A DNA stretch of 64,000 nt from Bacteroides sp. (GTDB taxonomy: Bacteria; Bacteroidota; Bacteroidia; Bacteroidales; Bacteroidaceae). A program made the translations under genes and the position numbers. Shown piece by piece: positions 32,020-42,954 of the stretch (the first letter of the stretch is position 1; every line of letters begins with the position of its first letter). The stretch is from assembly GCA_015060705.1 (NCBI GenBank), contig SUXY01000001.1, positions 6,525 through 70,524 of the forward strand, written 5' to 3'. Under the pieces are notes generated by a model, which ran no database searches, was not told the DNA's origin, and saw only the letters and a list, made by a program, of their open reading frames with translations.

Positions 32020-32049
32020 AAAGGGAGGTTCTTACGAACCTCCCTTTTT
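32020..32049. terminator. Bidirectional terminator
   Basis: AAAGGGAGGTTC-TTAC-GAACCTCCCTTTTT. Confidence 0.85.
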
Positions 32050-32054
32050 CATTT

Positions 32055-32645
32055 CTACCAAGTGGTTCCTTGGAATACATCACTTTCATCAAGCGGTAAC
32101 AAGACGCCCGTCATAGTCATGTTATTATTATTGAAATTTGGACTGATATTCACACTGGCTTGGTTGGTACCACCAGTTAAAGTAATAAACACCGTAGCCG
32201 AAATAGCTATCCCTTGAATTGTATAGCTATAGAAATAGTTGCCATCCTTGTCTTCTTTTATCTTCAATCCAGAAATATTTCCTTGTACAGTGACCCCACC
32301 TAAACCATTCGGCCCTGGAGAGTAAGCAAAGTTAGAGAATGCAGTCTGTACAATGCCTTCTCCATTATCTACCTGCACATAGTTGGTATTGCTGGATACA
32401 TAACGAGTAATTCCATTAGGGAAAGTCACATTGTTTGCTTCCAGCACAAAAGAACCGGTTTTCAAAGCTTCTACCGCCTTCAAATAGGCTATAGAATCCT
32501 GTTGAGCTTCCAACGCCTTTCGGGCTTCACGTTCTTTTTTCAAAGCTTCACGTCTAGCAGCACGGGCTTCTTTACTAGTCTGGGCATAGGTTGTTACTGT
32601 AAAGCTGAGCAACAACAATGTCGTGAGAAATAATACCTTTTTCAT
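32055..32645 (-). CDS. Secreted DUF4251-like protein
   Basis: Signal peptide, basic helix, FVLEAN...NYVQV...Q...NGLGGVTVQG pattern recalled for DUF4251; ATG 32645. Confidence 0.7.
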   Translation of the reverse strand: MKKVLFLTTLLLLSFTVTTYAQTSKEARAARREALKKEREARKALEAQQDSIAYLKAVEALKTGSFVLEANNVTFPNGITRYVSSNTNYVQVDNGEGIVQTAFSNFAYSPGPNGLGGVTVQGNISGLKIKEDKDGNYFYSYTIQGIAISATVFITLTGGTNQASVNISPNFNNNNMTMTGVLLPLDESDVFQGTTW

Positions 32646-32728
32646 AATCAATAGTGTTTAGTTAGTTGTTCTTTTCTAAATCAACTCCTAAACGACTATT
32701 GAAAGGGGGTTGTTCAAGGAATTCACCT

Positions 32729-35700
32729 TTATTTTTCTTTCTTCTGATTTTGCTTCCTCATGAGCCATTGGAAGAGGTCGTTCCACTTATTGAAATCCTT
32801 CTTATAAATGAAACCGATGCCTTGTGTAGTCAAGGTAGACTTGGTGAAATAACGGTCATTGGTCTGGTTATAACCCCGCAGACGGAACTCTCCATTCTTT
32901 GTCAACAACCAGACAGCTTCAAAGTCACCCACAAAGTTAGTATTGGCCATTACATTTTCCCGATAACCGAAATTACCGTTGATAAGCAAACGGTTATTGA
33001 GCAATCGTCCGGATAGGATAGCTTCGGCTTCGACGTCACTCCAACCTTCCTGACCGGTACTGAAATTGGCTCCAATATTCCAATTCTTGTTTTCCATCAC
33101 TTGTGATAGCATATTGTTCAACTGACCGGAGAGGGTACTGAATGCCAAAGAACTGGTCGCACTGGAAGAACGGTTGGAATTTTCTCCATAATCGTACGCA
33201 TAGAACTTACCGATACCAAGCAGATAAATAATTTGAGTATTCATCTGTTCTTCCGTACTGGTAGCACTACGTACCAATTCACGGTCTTCTTCGCTTACTG
33301 TAGGTAATTCCAAATCGAACTTGATAGTAGGATTAGCCAAACTACCCGTGAGGTTCATGATACAGTTAACCTTCACCGTACTTTGTGTCAAAGAAGCATC
33401 GGTAGAAAGGTCGCTTAACGATACAGAATTGACCGTATAAGCAGCCTTCACATCCAGATTGGCCAGATAAGGATCTCCAGTAAAGGTTACCGTACTTCCT
33501 GACTGAAGTGCAAAGTCCTTGCGTATGATTTCCTGCATACTAAGCTTGTACATACCTTCGTCTATCGTATAGGTACCAAACATACGGAAATCACCCTTAT
33601 TATAGAAAGAAACCTGGAAGTTTCCATTACCACGAGCTGTGATATTATCCCCAGCTACCGGATCCATCACCACCTTCATGGCCGCATCAGGAGTAGCATC
33701 GATCAGCATTTTGATACGTAAATCCATTGGAGGACCATCGTCTTCCTTTTTCTTTCTAGCATCCGAAAAATGATAAATTTCAGTTCGAATACTATCCTGA
33801 ATACGTTTCGGAGTCTTATCGACAAAAGTAATAAACTGATTACTTGTAGCTTCAGTAGTCAAACCGGTAACGTATGTAAAAGTCGTATTCCGTCCGGTAG
33901 TGATATTGGCATCGATATTCATGGCATTGTTTCCACCATCCAAAGTTATCCTACCAGTAGCATAAACCTTACCATAGAAAAGCATATCTCCCGGATCATT
34001 GGTATTATACACCAATAGATTATCACCCTGAATATCGAAATGATACATCAAATTCTTCAAGTGAGTATGGCGCAAGGCACCTGATATACGACCGGAATTA
34101 CCTTCACGGTCAAATATGCGGGCATTCTTCAAAACAAACTCTCCATGATTGATGTACACTGAATCATCATGCAGCTGAATATAGCTATTGATCATATCGA
34201 CTTTAGTATCGAGTTTGACACGTACACCACCTTCGAAATCGAGTGTTTTGAAACCTCCATGCAATCGAACCAACCCATTGGCACGAGCATCCAGATCGCT
34301 AAAGATACCCTCAAAATAAGGATTCAACAAATCCAAGTTTGTACTATCAGCTTCAATCCGTAAATCTAACGCTTTCAGTTTCGGTGATACAAAACCAGAT
34401 ACACGGGTCTTTGACAAGTCTTTCTCCTCAATATCTGCTTCCAAACGGATACCTGGGAGTTCATTATCCCATACACCCTTAATGTCCGCTTCACCCATCA
34501 AACCTTTATTGACCGCAAAATTATGAACATTCAAACGGGTCTTTAAATCCGGCTTATCCAAGATATTCTTCAGCAAGACTTTACCTGTAGCTAAACCACC
34601 AAATTCCACATCGTCGAATTTCACGATATCCAAAACATATTGTACATCGACATTCTTCAAATCTATGACACATGAATCGGTCGATTCTTTGGTAATCTTT
34701 CCATCTATCCGAAGATGTTGCCCCGGACGTTCAAAAAGGAAGTTGTCAATGTATACTCGACCGGAATCGATTGCAACATGTGAGGAGCGAATGTTCCACA
34801 ATGTATCATTCAAGATGACATCAGTTGGTAAAATATCAATGTCTGCTTGTAGGATAGGGGACTTTCCTTCTGTTTTGAAGAAGCGGGTCACAGCTTCAAA
34901 TTTACCCCCATAAGTTACATCTGTATTATTTCCCCAATTAATTACCGTCTTCAAACGATCTTGCTCAGCTTCTGCATCCAATGACATCGTTAGCATAGCT
35001 CCACTATTCATTAACATATTACCACGCAAACGGCAATCAAAATATGTGGATGGATTTTCACAAAGCAAAGTAATAGATTCGTATAAAGTACCATTATATG
35101 TTAAACTAGGAATAGAGCCTTCCATACGAATCTGACCATTCATATCATTTACAAAACCTTTTAAAGAAAGTGGCATATGCACCTCCAATGGTACATAGAA
35201 CAATTCTTTAAAGAATGTTGCATCACTCAACTGAACATCAAACCTGAAATTGTTGAAAAGAGTTTTCCGATTATTTTTCCATGAAACCAACGATGGGATA
35301 TAGCGTTGCATTATCTGCATAACACTACCCGGAATCGTCTGATAAGAATAATCACCTCTGACTACAGCCGTCATAAATGGTGCCAAAATCTGTATTTCTT
35401 TCTCACCTGCAACTTGACCAGCTGTGATGGTCATATTATTCAATAAATAACTTTGCTTCCCAGCAGTATTCATCACCAAGCTATCTAATAAAATGCGTCC
35501 TCTTACATCGTCAATAGAGCTTCCTACGAAATCGGCAGTAAGATTCAACGATATGTCTGAATCTACATACTTATCTGTCAAGTTCAATGCATTTGGACGG
35601 AAATTCTTGACCGAAGCCTGTAAATTAAAATCAGAAATCTTTTGAGCTATATTGAACTTTCCATCTACTCGAATCATTCCATTCTCATCATCCAAAGACA

Positions 35701-37171
35701 AATGTCCATTGAAACCGCCATCCTTATAAATGCCATCCAATGAAATGTTTTCGTATCGGTAATTACTATAGTCCAACGATGAAATAATTCCTTTTATATA
35801 TGATTCGGGATATCTATTTTGGTAATTAAAACCTTCTACCTCGATATTGAACTGAGTTTGTCCAAACTTGTTATCTCCCAACACTTTTCCTAATTGGATA
35901 TCATTCGTCTTAAGTCCACCTGAGTAAGTACGTTTGTAGTTCTCGTCTGAATTAATCAGCAAGTTGGCATTCAACGAACCTGCTCCTGTTTGAAGCAAAC
36001 CGGATACTTGCAAATCATGTAAATAGCCATCGGCATCACCTTTAAACTGAATGTATTCCAATCGTTGAAGTATAGAAGGAACAGATCCAGTCAATGCTCG
36101 CATGAAATAATTGATACCAGCCTTCGTAACCGATAGATTAGCTAATTTAGCTTGAAGGAACATATTCCTATTAGCATCCCAATTCAAAACAGAAGCATTA
36201 CCCTTTATATTCAAATGTCTATTGTCTGATATGGACAACAAAGGAACTTCCACATTTTTTCCTTGTCCATTGAATGCCAAAGAAATGTCAAGAGGGTAAT
36301 CCAATTCCTTGAAAGCGGGCACAACTGTAGCCAAATCCTTCATAACAAATGCTCCATTCAATTGTCCCTTGAAATGAACGTCATCTGTCAGTTTTGGCAG
36401 ATTCTGTAAACTATCATAGTGAATCTTCACACTATCCAGCATTAAAGTAGAAGTTGGAAGATTGACACTAAAATCACTTAAATTCAATTGTTTATTATCT
36501 GCTATCAACTTAGCGACCAAGTTTTTTAACTGAAAACCTGACTGTTCTTCGAAAGACAAGCGACGAATGATAGCATGGATGGTATCATTCCGAAGGGCCT
36601 TAAGGGATATGGATGCAGACAAATTGCGTAGTCCCAAATGCGAACCATTCAATTTTCCGGGAGTTTCGGCCTCAGAAAGGACATCATATGAAATCTGCCC
36701 CCGATTTATAAAGACAGAGTTGATTCTCAAATCCAAATTAGGCGATTTATTCAACGTATCTTTGGAAGCAAATGCATCCAATACAAATTGAAAATTGGGA
36801 GTAGATTCTGGATTATCTTTCTTCAAGCGAATATCAAACCCTATCAACTGTACACTATTAATAACTATCTTCCCGTCTAACAATGGTTTAATTTCAAAAC
36901 GGGCAGTAAGTCGTTGCAAATTCAACATATCATCGCCTTGATGATCTTTCAACAACACATCTTCTATATGAAATCGGTTTAAAAAACCCATTTCAACGTA
37001 CCCGACAGACACCTCGGTATTTAACAATTTACGGAGTTCTGCAGTGGCTATAGATGCTAGTTTATTTTGAACAGATGGTATATTCAAAAGCACAACTATA
37101 CCGATATGGAAACCAAGGATTCCCCATACCAATATACGAACAATGTATTTTATCTGTCTACTTGTAACCAT
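32729..37171 (-). CDS. tamB: Translocation/assembly module TamB-domain protein
   Basis: 1480 aa; N-terminal TM anchor, repetitive beta-taco segments, C-terminal TamB-like region (FTGDPYLANLD, LNNRLLINGNFGY, TQGIGFIYKKDF). Confidence 0.85.
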   Translation of the reverse strand: MVTSRQIKYIVRILVWGILGFHIGIVVLLNIPSVQNKLASIATAELRKLLNTEVSVGYVEMGFLNRFHIEDVLLKDHQGDDMLNLQRLTARFEIKPLLDGKIVINSVQLIGFDIRLKKDNPESTPNFQFVLDAFASKDTLNKSPNLDLRINSVFINRGQISYDVLSEAETPGKLNGSHLGLRNLSASISLKALRNDTIHAIIRRLSFEEQSGFQLKNLVAKLIADNKQLNLSDFSVNLPTSTLMLDSVKIHYDSLQNLPKLTDDVHFKGQLNGAFVMKDLATVVPAFKELDYPLDISLAFNGQGKNVEVPLLSISDNRHLNIKGNASVLNWDANRNMFLQAKLANLSVTKAGINYFMRALTGSVPSILQRLEYIQFKGDADGYLHDLQVSGLLQTGAGSLNANLLINSDENYKRTYSGGLKTNDIQLGKVLGDNKFGQTQFNIEVEGFNYQNRYPESYIKGIISSLDYSNYRYENISLDGIYKDGGFNGHLSLDDENGMIRVDGKFNIAQKISDFNLQASVKNFRPNALNLTDKYVDSDISLNLTADFVGSSIDDVRGRILLDSLVMNTAGKQSYLLNNMTITAGQVAGEKEIQILAPFMTAVVRGDYSYQTIPGSVMQIMQRYIPSLVSWKNNRKTLFNNFRFDVQLSDATFFKELFYVPLEVHMPLSLKGFVNDMNGQIRMEGSIPSLTYNGTLYESITLLCENPSTYFDCRLRGNMLMNSGAMLTMSLDAEAEQDRLKTVINWGNNTDVTYGGKFEAVTRFFKTEGKSPILQADIDILPTDVILNDTLWNIRSSHVAIDSGRVYIDNFLFERPGQHLRIDGKITKESTDSCVIDLKNVDVQYVLDIVKFDDVEFGGLATGKVLLKNILDKPDLKTRLNVHNFAVNKGLMGEADIKGVWDNELPGIRLEADIEEKDLSKTRVSGFVSPKLKALDLRIEADSTNLDLLNPYFEGIFSDLDARANGLVRLHGGFKTLDFEGGVRVKLDTKVDMINSYIQLHDDSVYINHGEFVLKNARIFDREGNSGRISGALRHTHLKNLMYHFDIQGDNLLVYNTNDPGDMLFYGKVYATGRITLDGGNNAMNIDANITTGRNTTFTYVTGLTTEATSNQFITFVDKTPKRIQDSIRTEIYHFSDARKKKEDDGPPMDLRIKMLIDATPDAAMKVVMDPVAGDNITARGNGNFQVSFYNKGDFRMFGTYTIDEGMYKLSMQEIIRKDFALQSGSTVTFTGDPYLANLDVKAAYTVNSVSLSDLSTDASLTQSTVKVNCIMNLTGSLANPTIKFDLELPTVSEEDRELVRSATSTEEQMNTQIIYLLGIGKFYAYDYGENSNRSSSATSSLAFSTLSGQLNNMLSQVMENKNWNIGANFSTGQEGWSDVEAEAILSGRLLNNRLLINGNFGYRENVMANTNFVGDFEAVWLLTKNGEFRLRGYNQTNDRYFTKSTLTTQGIGFIYKKDFNKWNDLFQWLMRKQNQKKEK

Positions 37172-37410
37172 AATTATGCAAAATTACAAATATCGATTGA
37201 AATGTACACTATCATTTGAGGAGTATTTTCATCCTTTCCATCGGAAAACCGAATCAATTGGGAATAAAAAGTGCATAACTAACAGCAAGCAACGTAAGAA
37301 ATACAAAAAAGACAGCAATATACATAAAGGAACTTTCCCAATTCGAAATAATTGACGAAATTTGCGCCCCGAAATAAATATCTATCTATTTTACATATTA
37401 TAATTAAAGA

Positions 37411-38877
37411 ATGAAGAACAAGAATCTACCTTCTCCTCTAATCTCGTTAATACCTATAGCAGTGTTGGTAGCCATGTTGGCTGTCACAATCCACTTGTTT
37501 GGTAGTGATGCATTGGGAGGTGGGAGTCAAGTATGCCTATTAGCAGCATCAGGAGTCTGTGTATTGATTGGCATGGGAGGCTTCCAACGCAAATGGAAAC
37601 ATTTTGAAAAAGCAATCACCCATAATATTACAGGTATTGCAACAGCTTTGCTTATCTTATTGATTATCGGAGCTTTATCCGGAGCATGGATGGTAAGTGG
37701 AGTAGTACCAACCTTGATTTATTATGGTATCCAAATCATTCATCCCAGTTTCTTTTTAGTATCGACCTGTTTGATTTGTTGCATTGTTTCGGTCATGACT
37801 GGTAGTTCCTGGACAACCATTGCCACCATCGGTATTGCCTTGATGGGGATTGGTGAAGCACAAGGATTCGCCCCAGGATGGATTGCCGGTGCAATTATCT
37901 CGGGAGCTTATTTTGGAGACAAAGTTTCTCCACTTTCAGACACCACCGTTTTGGCAGCTTCGGTAACAGGAAGTCCTATCTTCTCGCACATCCGATATTT
38001 GCTATTTACCACCATTCCATCGCTAATTATCACCCTTGTCATCTTTACTATTTCCGGATTGTTCCATGAAGCATCAAGCACTGGAAACATAGCCGAATTT
38101 ACCCAAGCATTGGATGCCAAGTTTTACATTTCAGGATGGTTGATGATTGTGCCAATTGCAACAGGTATCATGATTGCCAAGAAGGTACCTTCGCTCATTA
38201 CGTTATTTGTCTCAACCGCATTAGCAACAGTCTTTGCAGCTATATTCCAACCGGAACTCTTGTTTGAAATAGCTGGCGACACAGGTAATTACATCCTGAC
38301 ATTGATCAAAGGATGCATGTCCATCCTTTTTGGAAGTACAAGCCTTGATGCAGGAAATGCCCAAATCAACGAATTAATCGCCACTCGGGGCATGTCAGGT
38401 ATGCTGAATACCATCTGGTTGATTATTTGCGCCATGTGTTTCGGCGGTGCCATGACAGCAGGAGGGATGTTGGAAAGTATCACCCATGTATTTACCCGAT
38501 TAGCCAAAACAAGAGTCAGCATGGTTTCATCGACTGTAGCTTCCGGATTATTTCTGAACGTAACCACGGCCGACCAATACATTTCCATCATCTTGACTGG
38601 TAACATGTTCCGTGACATCTACGAAGAAAACGGATACGAAGGTAGATTGTTAGGACGTACGACCGAAGATGCCGTAACGGTAACTTCACCTCTTATTCCG
38701 TGGAACACTTGCGGTATGACCCAAGCAACCATCTTGAATGTACCGACTCTCACTTATCTGCCATATTGTTTCTTTAACTACATCAGTCCTTTGATGAGTA
38801 TCATTGTGGCAGCTACCGGTTACTCCATCGTAAAACGATGCGTGAAGCCCAAAGAAGAAACTCTAACCAACGAATAA
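37411..38877 (+). CDS. nhaC: NhaC-family Na+/H+ antiporter
   Basis: TGSSWTT, ISGAYFGDKVSPLSDTT, PLIPWNTCG; many TM helices. Confidence 0.88.
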   Translation: MKNKNLPSPLISLIPIAVLVAMLAVTIHLFGSDALGGGSQVCLLAASGVCVLIGMGGFQRKWKHFEKAITHNITGIATALLILLIIGALSGAWMVSGVVPTLIYYGIQIIHPSFFLVSTCLICCIVSVMTGSSWTTIATIGIALMGIGEAQGFAPGWIAGAIISGAYFGDKVSPLSDTTVLAASVTGSPIFSHIRYLLFTTIPSLIITLVIFTISGLFHEASSTGNIAEFTQALDAKFYISGWLMIVPIATGIMIAKKVPSLITLFVSTALATVFAAIFQPELLFEIAGDTGNYILTLIKGCMSILFGSTSLDAGNAQINELIATRGMSGMLNTIWLIICAMCFGGAMTAGGMLESITHVFTRLAKTRVSMVSSTVASGLFLNVTTADQYISIILTGNMFRDIYEENGYEGRLLGRTTEDAVTVTSPLIPWNTCGMTQATILNVPTLTYLPYCFFNYISPLMSIIVAATGYSIVKRCVKPKEETLTNE

Positions 38878-38892
38878 GCGTTTCAAAGCAAT

Positions 38893-38932
38893 CGTGCCGA
38901 TGTTTTTCTCCAAACATCGGCACGTTTCTTTA
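38893..38932 (+). terminator. Intrinsic terminator after nhaC
   Basis: CGTGCCGATGTTT-TTCTCC-AAACATCGGCACG followed by TTTCTTT. Confidence 0.8.
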
Positions 38933-39003
38933 AATGTTCATAGAAAAGCTCTTTTTTTTATATATTAAACACGCAAACATTCTTTTTTCACATTTTTTTT
39001 GTC

Positions 39004-39011
39004 TACATTTG
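39004..39011 (+). promoter_or_regulatory. -7 promoter element (TACATTTG) for the nqr operon
   Basis: Exact TAnnTTTG 35 nt upstream of nqrA. Confidence 0.6.
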
Positions 39012-39046
39012 CCTCTAAATTTTAAAACCATTTATAAACATTCAAT

Positions 39047-40396
39047 ATGGCAAATGTGATAAAATTACACAAAGGCCTAAACATCAACCTGAAAGGAAAA
39101 CCTGCTCAGGAGATTTTCACTGTGAATGCACCGGACACATATGCACTTGTGCCCGATGATTTTCATGGGGTTACTCCAAAAGTGGTGGTAAAAGAACAGG
39201 AAAGTGTTAAGGCTGGTGATGCTTTGTTCGTAGACAAGAATCACCCTGAAGTTAAGTTCGTTTCTCCTGTTAGCGGTACAGTTACTGCTGTTACGAGAGG
39301 CGAACGTCGTAAAGTCCTCAGCATTACCGTAGCGGCTGCTAAGGCACAAGAGTACGTAGAATTTGGTAAGAAGGACGTTTCCAAGATGAGCGGTGCCGAA
39401 GTAAAGGCAGCTTTGTTGGAAGCCGGTCTTTTTGCATTCTTCGTTGAACGTCCATACGCTGTGACTGCCAACCCGGATGCGACACCAAAGGCAATCTTCG
39501 TTTCTGCATTCGACAGCAACCCATTGGCTGCTAATTTCGAATACGTGTTGCAAGGTCAGGAAAAGGATTTCCAGACAGGTTTGGATGCTTTGGCAAAGAT
39601 TGCCAAGACTCATCTCGGCATCTGCGTATGCCAGAAGAATCCGGCTTTGACTGGTGCCAAGAACGTAACAGTAACAGCATTCGAAGGTGCAAACCCTGCA
39701 GGTAACGTAGGTGTGCAGATCAACCACATCGACCCAATCAACAAGGGTGAGATCGTTTGGACATTGGGTGCTGAAGAAGTTATCTTCATCGGTCGCTTGT
39801 TCAACACCGGTCATGTAGATTTCACTCGTACCATTGCATTGACCGGTTCGGAAGTGAAGTCTCCGGCTTACACTAAGTTGATGGTAGGTGCTGCATTGAA
39901 GAACGTATTTGCCGGCCGTGTAAACAACAGCGAACCTGTTCGTTACATCAACGGTAACCCTTTGACTGGCAAGCAGACTTGTGCAGAAGGTTTCTTGGCT
40001 GCTCATGCAACCAGCTTGACCGTTATCCCTGAAGGTAGCGACAACCACGAATTCCTCGGCTTCATCATGCCACGTACCAACCAGTTCTCTACTAGCCGCA
40101 GCTACTTCAGCTGGTTGTGCGGCAAGAAGGAATATGCCCTCGACGCTCGTATCAAGGGTGGTGAACGTCACATGATCATGTCTGGAGAATACGACAAGGT
40201 ATTCCCGATGGATATCTATCCTGAATATTTGGTGAAGGCTATCATCGCCGGTGACATTGACCGTATGGAAGCACTTGGTATCTACGAAGTGGCTCCTGAA
40301 GACTTTGCAGTGGCAGAATTCGTTTGCTCTTCTAAGCTTGAATTGCAACGCATCGTTCGCCAAGGTCTCGACATGCTTCGCAAGGAAATGTGCTAA
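39047..40396 (+). CDS. nqrA: Na+-translocating NADH:quinone reductase subunit A
   Basis: IKLHKGLNINLKG, SPVSGTV, RGERR, PAGNVG, LGIYEVAPED. Confidence 0.96.
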   Translation: MANVIKLHKGLNINLKGKPAQEIFTVNAPDTYALVPDDFHGVTPKVVVKEQESVKAGDALFVDKNHPEVKFVSPVSGTVTAVTRGERRKVLSITVAAAKAQEYVEFGKKDVSKMSGAEVKAALLEAGLFAFFVERPYAVTANPDATPKAIFVSAFDSNPLAANFEYVLQGQEKDFQTGLDALAKIAKTHLGICVCQKNPALTGAKNVTVTAFEGANPAGNVGVQINHIDPINKGEIVWTLGAEEVIFIGRLFNTGHVDFTRTIALTGSEVKSPAYTKLMVGAALKNVFAGRVNNSEPVRYINGNPLTGKQTCAEGFLAAHATSLTVIPEGSDNHEFLGFIMPRTNQFSTSRSYFSWLCGKKEYALDARIKGGERHMIMSGEYDKVFPMDIYPEYLVKAIIAGDIDRMEALGIYEVAPEDFAVAEFVCSSKLELQRIVRQGLDMLRKEMC

Positions 40397-40417
40397 TTAT
40401 TTAAAATAGAGAATTAA

Positions 40418-41587
40418 ATGAAAGCGTTAAGAAATTATCTCGATAAGATAAAGCCTAACTTTGAAAAGGGCGGCAAATTCCAGGCTTTCCGTTCAGTGTT
40501 CGACGGTTTTGAAACATTCTTGTTCGTACCTAACAGCACTTCGAAAACTGGGGTTCACGTTCATGATTCAATTGACAGCAAGCGAATCATGTCTATCGTG
40601 GTTATTGCGTTGATACCGGCTTTGTTGTTCGGTATGTACAACGTAGGTTATCAGCATTACAATGCAGTAGGCATGGCTGATGCTGGTTTCTTTGAAATGT
40701 TCATCTATGGTTTCTTGGCTGTATTGCCGAAAATCATCGTATCTTATGTAGTAGGTTTGGGTATTGAGTTCGTAGTAGCTCAATGGAAGAACGAAGAAAT
40801 CCAGGAAGGTTTCTTGGTATCAGGTCTTTTGATTCCGATGATCGTTCCTGTAGGTTGTCCGTTGTGGATCTTGGCTATCGCTACTGCTTTCTCAGTAATC
40901 TTCGCTAAGGAAGTGTTCGGTGGTACAGGTATGAACGTATTCAATCCAGCTTTGATTGCCCGTGCATTCTTGTTCTTCGCTTATCCGGCCAAGATGTCAG
41001 GTGACACCGTTTGGGTGGCTAAGGACAGCATCTTCGGTTTGGGCCAGACAGTTGACGGTTTGACTGCTGCTACTCCGCTTGGTCAAGCTGCAACCAACAT
41101 TGTTCCTGATGCATCATTGGCAGATATGATTATCGGCTTGATTCCGGGTTCTATCGGTGAAACCAGTGTTATCGCCATCGCTATCGGTGCATTCATCTTG
41201 TTATGGACAGGTGTGGCAAGCTGGAAGACTATGGGTTCTGTATTTGTTGGTGGTATCGTGATGGCTTTGATTTTCAATGCCCTCGGTTCTGAAAGCAACA
41301 CTATGGCTCAGCTTCCTTGGTACGAACACATCGTTCTCGGTGGTTTCTGCTTCGGTGCTGTGTTTATGGCTACTGACCCTGTTACTTCGGCTCGTACAGA
41401 AAGCGGTAAGTACATCTACGGTTTCTTGATTGGTGCGATGGCTGTTATCATCCGCGTACTCAACCCAGGTTACCCAGAAGGTATGATGCTCGCAATCTTG
41501 TTGATGAACGTATTTGCTCCGCTGATTGACTACTGTTTCGTACAGAAGAACATTTCAGCTCGCGCCAAGAGACTTCAATCCAAATAA
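40418..41587 (+). CDS. nqrB: Na+-NQR subunit B
   Basis: DSKRIM, KEVFGGTG.N.FNPA, flavinylation site TAATPL, FMATDPV, YPEG. Confidence 0.96.
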   Translation: MKALRNYLDKIKPNFEKGGKFQAFRSVFDGFETFLFVPNSTSKTGVHVHDSIDSKRIMSIVVIALIPALLFGMYNVGYQHYNAVGMADAGFFEMFIYGFLAVLPKIIVSYVVGLGIEFVVAQWKNEEIQEGFLVSGLLIPMIVPVGCPLWILAIATAFSVIFAKEVFGGTGMNVFNPALIARAFLFFAYPAKMSGDTVWVAKDSIFGLGQTVDGLTAATPLGQAATNIVPDASLADMIIGLIPGSIGETSVIAIAIGAFILLWTGVASWKTMGSVFVGGIVMALIFNALGSESNTMAQLPWYEHIVLGGFCFGAVFMATDPVTSARTESGKYIYGFLIGAMAVIIRVLNPGYPEGMMLAILLMNVFAPLIDYCFVQKNISARAKRLQSK

Positions 41588-41608
41588 TAACCATTAAATC
41601 GAAACATT

Positions 41609-42283
41609 ATGAATACTAACAGTAATAGTTATACGATCATTTATGCTGCGATTATGGTGGTTATCGTAGCTTTCTTGCTGGCATTCGTTTCTTCTTCATT
41701 GAAGGAAACTCAGTACAAGAACGTTGAACAGGACACCAAGAAGCAAATCTTGAGTGCCATCAACGTAACCGACGTGAAGGATGCCGAAGCCGAATTTGCC
41801 AAGTATGAAGTGAAGGACATGTTGATGAATGCCGATGGTACATTGGCTCCTTACACAGATGCTTTCCAAGTTTCTTATAAGGGTGAAATCGCTGAAAAGC
41901 GTTTCCACGTATTCGAATGTAAGGTAGACGGTGCTACCAAGTACATTCTTCCTATCTATGGTGCCGGTCTTTGGGGTCCGATTTGGGGTTATGTAGCCTT
42001 GAACGATGATAAGGATACTGTTTATGGTGTTTACTTCTCTCACGCTGGCGAAACTCCGGGTTTGGGTGCTGAAATCGCTACTCCGAAGTTCCAGGCTCAG
42101 TTTGCCGGTAAGAAGGTGACTGAAAACGGTGCTATCGGTTTGACCGTAGCCAAGAACGGCAAGGTGACTAAGCCTGATTATGAAGTGGACGGTATCTCAG
42201 GTGGTACTATCACTTCTCAGGGTGTAGACGCCATGTTGAAGGATTGTTTGAAAGAGTACAACCCATTTTTGTCTAATAAATAA
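41609..42283 (+). CDS. nqrC: Na+-NQR subunit C
   Basis: GLWGPIWG, ETPGLG, flavinylation motif DGISGGTITS. Confidence 0.96.
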   Translation: MNTNSNSYTIIYAAIMVVIVAFLLAFVSSSLKETQYKNVEQDTKKQILSAINVTDVKDAEAEFAKYEVKDMLMNADGTLAPYTDAFQVSYKGEIAEKRFHVFECKVDGATKYILPIYGAGLWGPIWGYVALNDDKDTVYGVYFSHAGETPGLGAEIATPKFQAQFAGKKVTENGAIGLTVAKNGKVTKPDYEVDGISGGTITSQGVDAMLKDCLKEYNPFLSNK

Positions 42284-42299
42284 GAAGGAGGAATAGAAT

Positions 42300-42935
42300 A
42301 TGAGTTTATTTTCTAAGAAAAACCAAGAAGTTCTGCTGACTCCGCTGGGGTTGAACAACCCTGTAACCGTACAGGTGCTCGGTATCTGTTCTGCATTGGC
42401 TGTAACTGCCCAGTTGGAACCGGCTATCGTGATGGGTCTTTCTGTAACCATCATTACTGCATTCGCCAACTTGGTTATCTCATTGTTGCGTAACACCGTA
42501 CCTAACCGTATCCGTATCATCGTGCAGTTGGTAGTTGTTGCTACATTTGTAACCATCGTTAGTGAAGTTTTGAAGGCATTCGCTTACGACGTAAGTGTTC
42601 AGCTTTCAGTTTACATCGGTTTGATTATTACAAACTGTATCTTGATGGGACGCCTCGAAGCGTTCGCCATGATGAACGGTCCGTGGGAATCATTCCTCGA
42701 CGGTATCGGTAACGGTCTCGGCTATGCCAAGATTTTGATTATCGTTGCTTTCTTCCGTGAATTGCTCGGCTCAGGTTCATTATTCGGCTTCAAGATTATC
42801 CCGGATGCAGTTTATGAAATGGGATACTTGAACAACGGTTTGATGTTGATGCCTCCTATGGCATTGATTATCTGCGCTTGCGTTATCTGGTATCAGCGTG
42901 CTAAGCACAAAGAATTGCAGGAAAGTAGTAATTAA
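42300..42935 (+). CDS. nqrD: Na+-NQR subunit D
   Basis: NNPVTVQVLGICSALAVT, GLIITNCILMGR. Confidence 0.96.
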   Translation: MSLFSKKNQEVLLTPLGLNNPVTVQVLGICSALAVTAQLEPAIVMGLSVTIITAFANLVISLLRNTVPNRIRIIVQLVVVATFVTIVSEVLKAFAYDVSVQLSVYIGLIITNCILMGRLEAFAMMNGPWESFLDGIGNGLGYAKILIIVAFFRELLGSGSLFGFKIIPDAVYEMGYLNNGLMLMPPMALIICACVIWYQRAKHKELQESSN

Positions 42936-42954
42936 TCCCCAATAAAATAAGAAT

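Noticed and set aside
34800-37400. AT-richer stretch suggesting foreign DNA
   Set aside because: It lies within the single continuous tamB ORF and its promoter region, with no mobility signatures; more likely low-expression codon usage.
37172-37410. Possible riboswitch in the nhaC leader (9-bp AATTGGGAA/TTCCCAATT inverted repeat)
   Set aside because: No recognisable aptamer consensus or expression platform; a short AT-rich match is expected by chance.
39077-40363. 428-aa minus-strand ORF
   Set aside because: Antisense shadow of strongly codon-biased nqrA. The same applies to the long antisense ORFs over rlmB, the exonuclease, DUF3805, the AKR and djlA.
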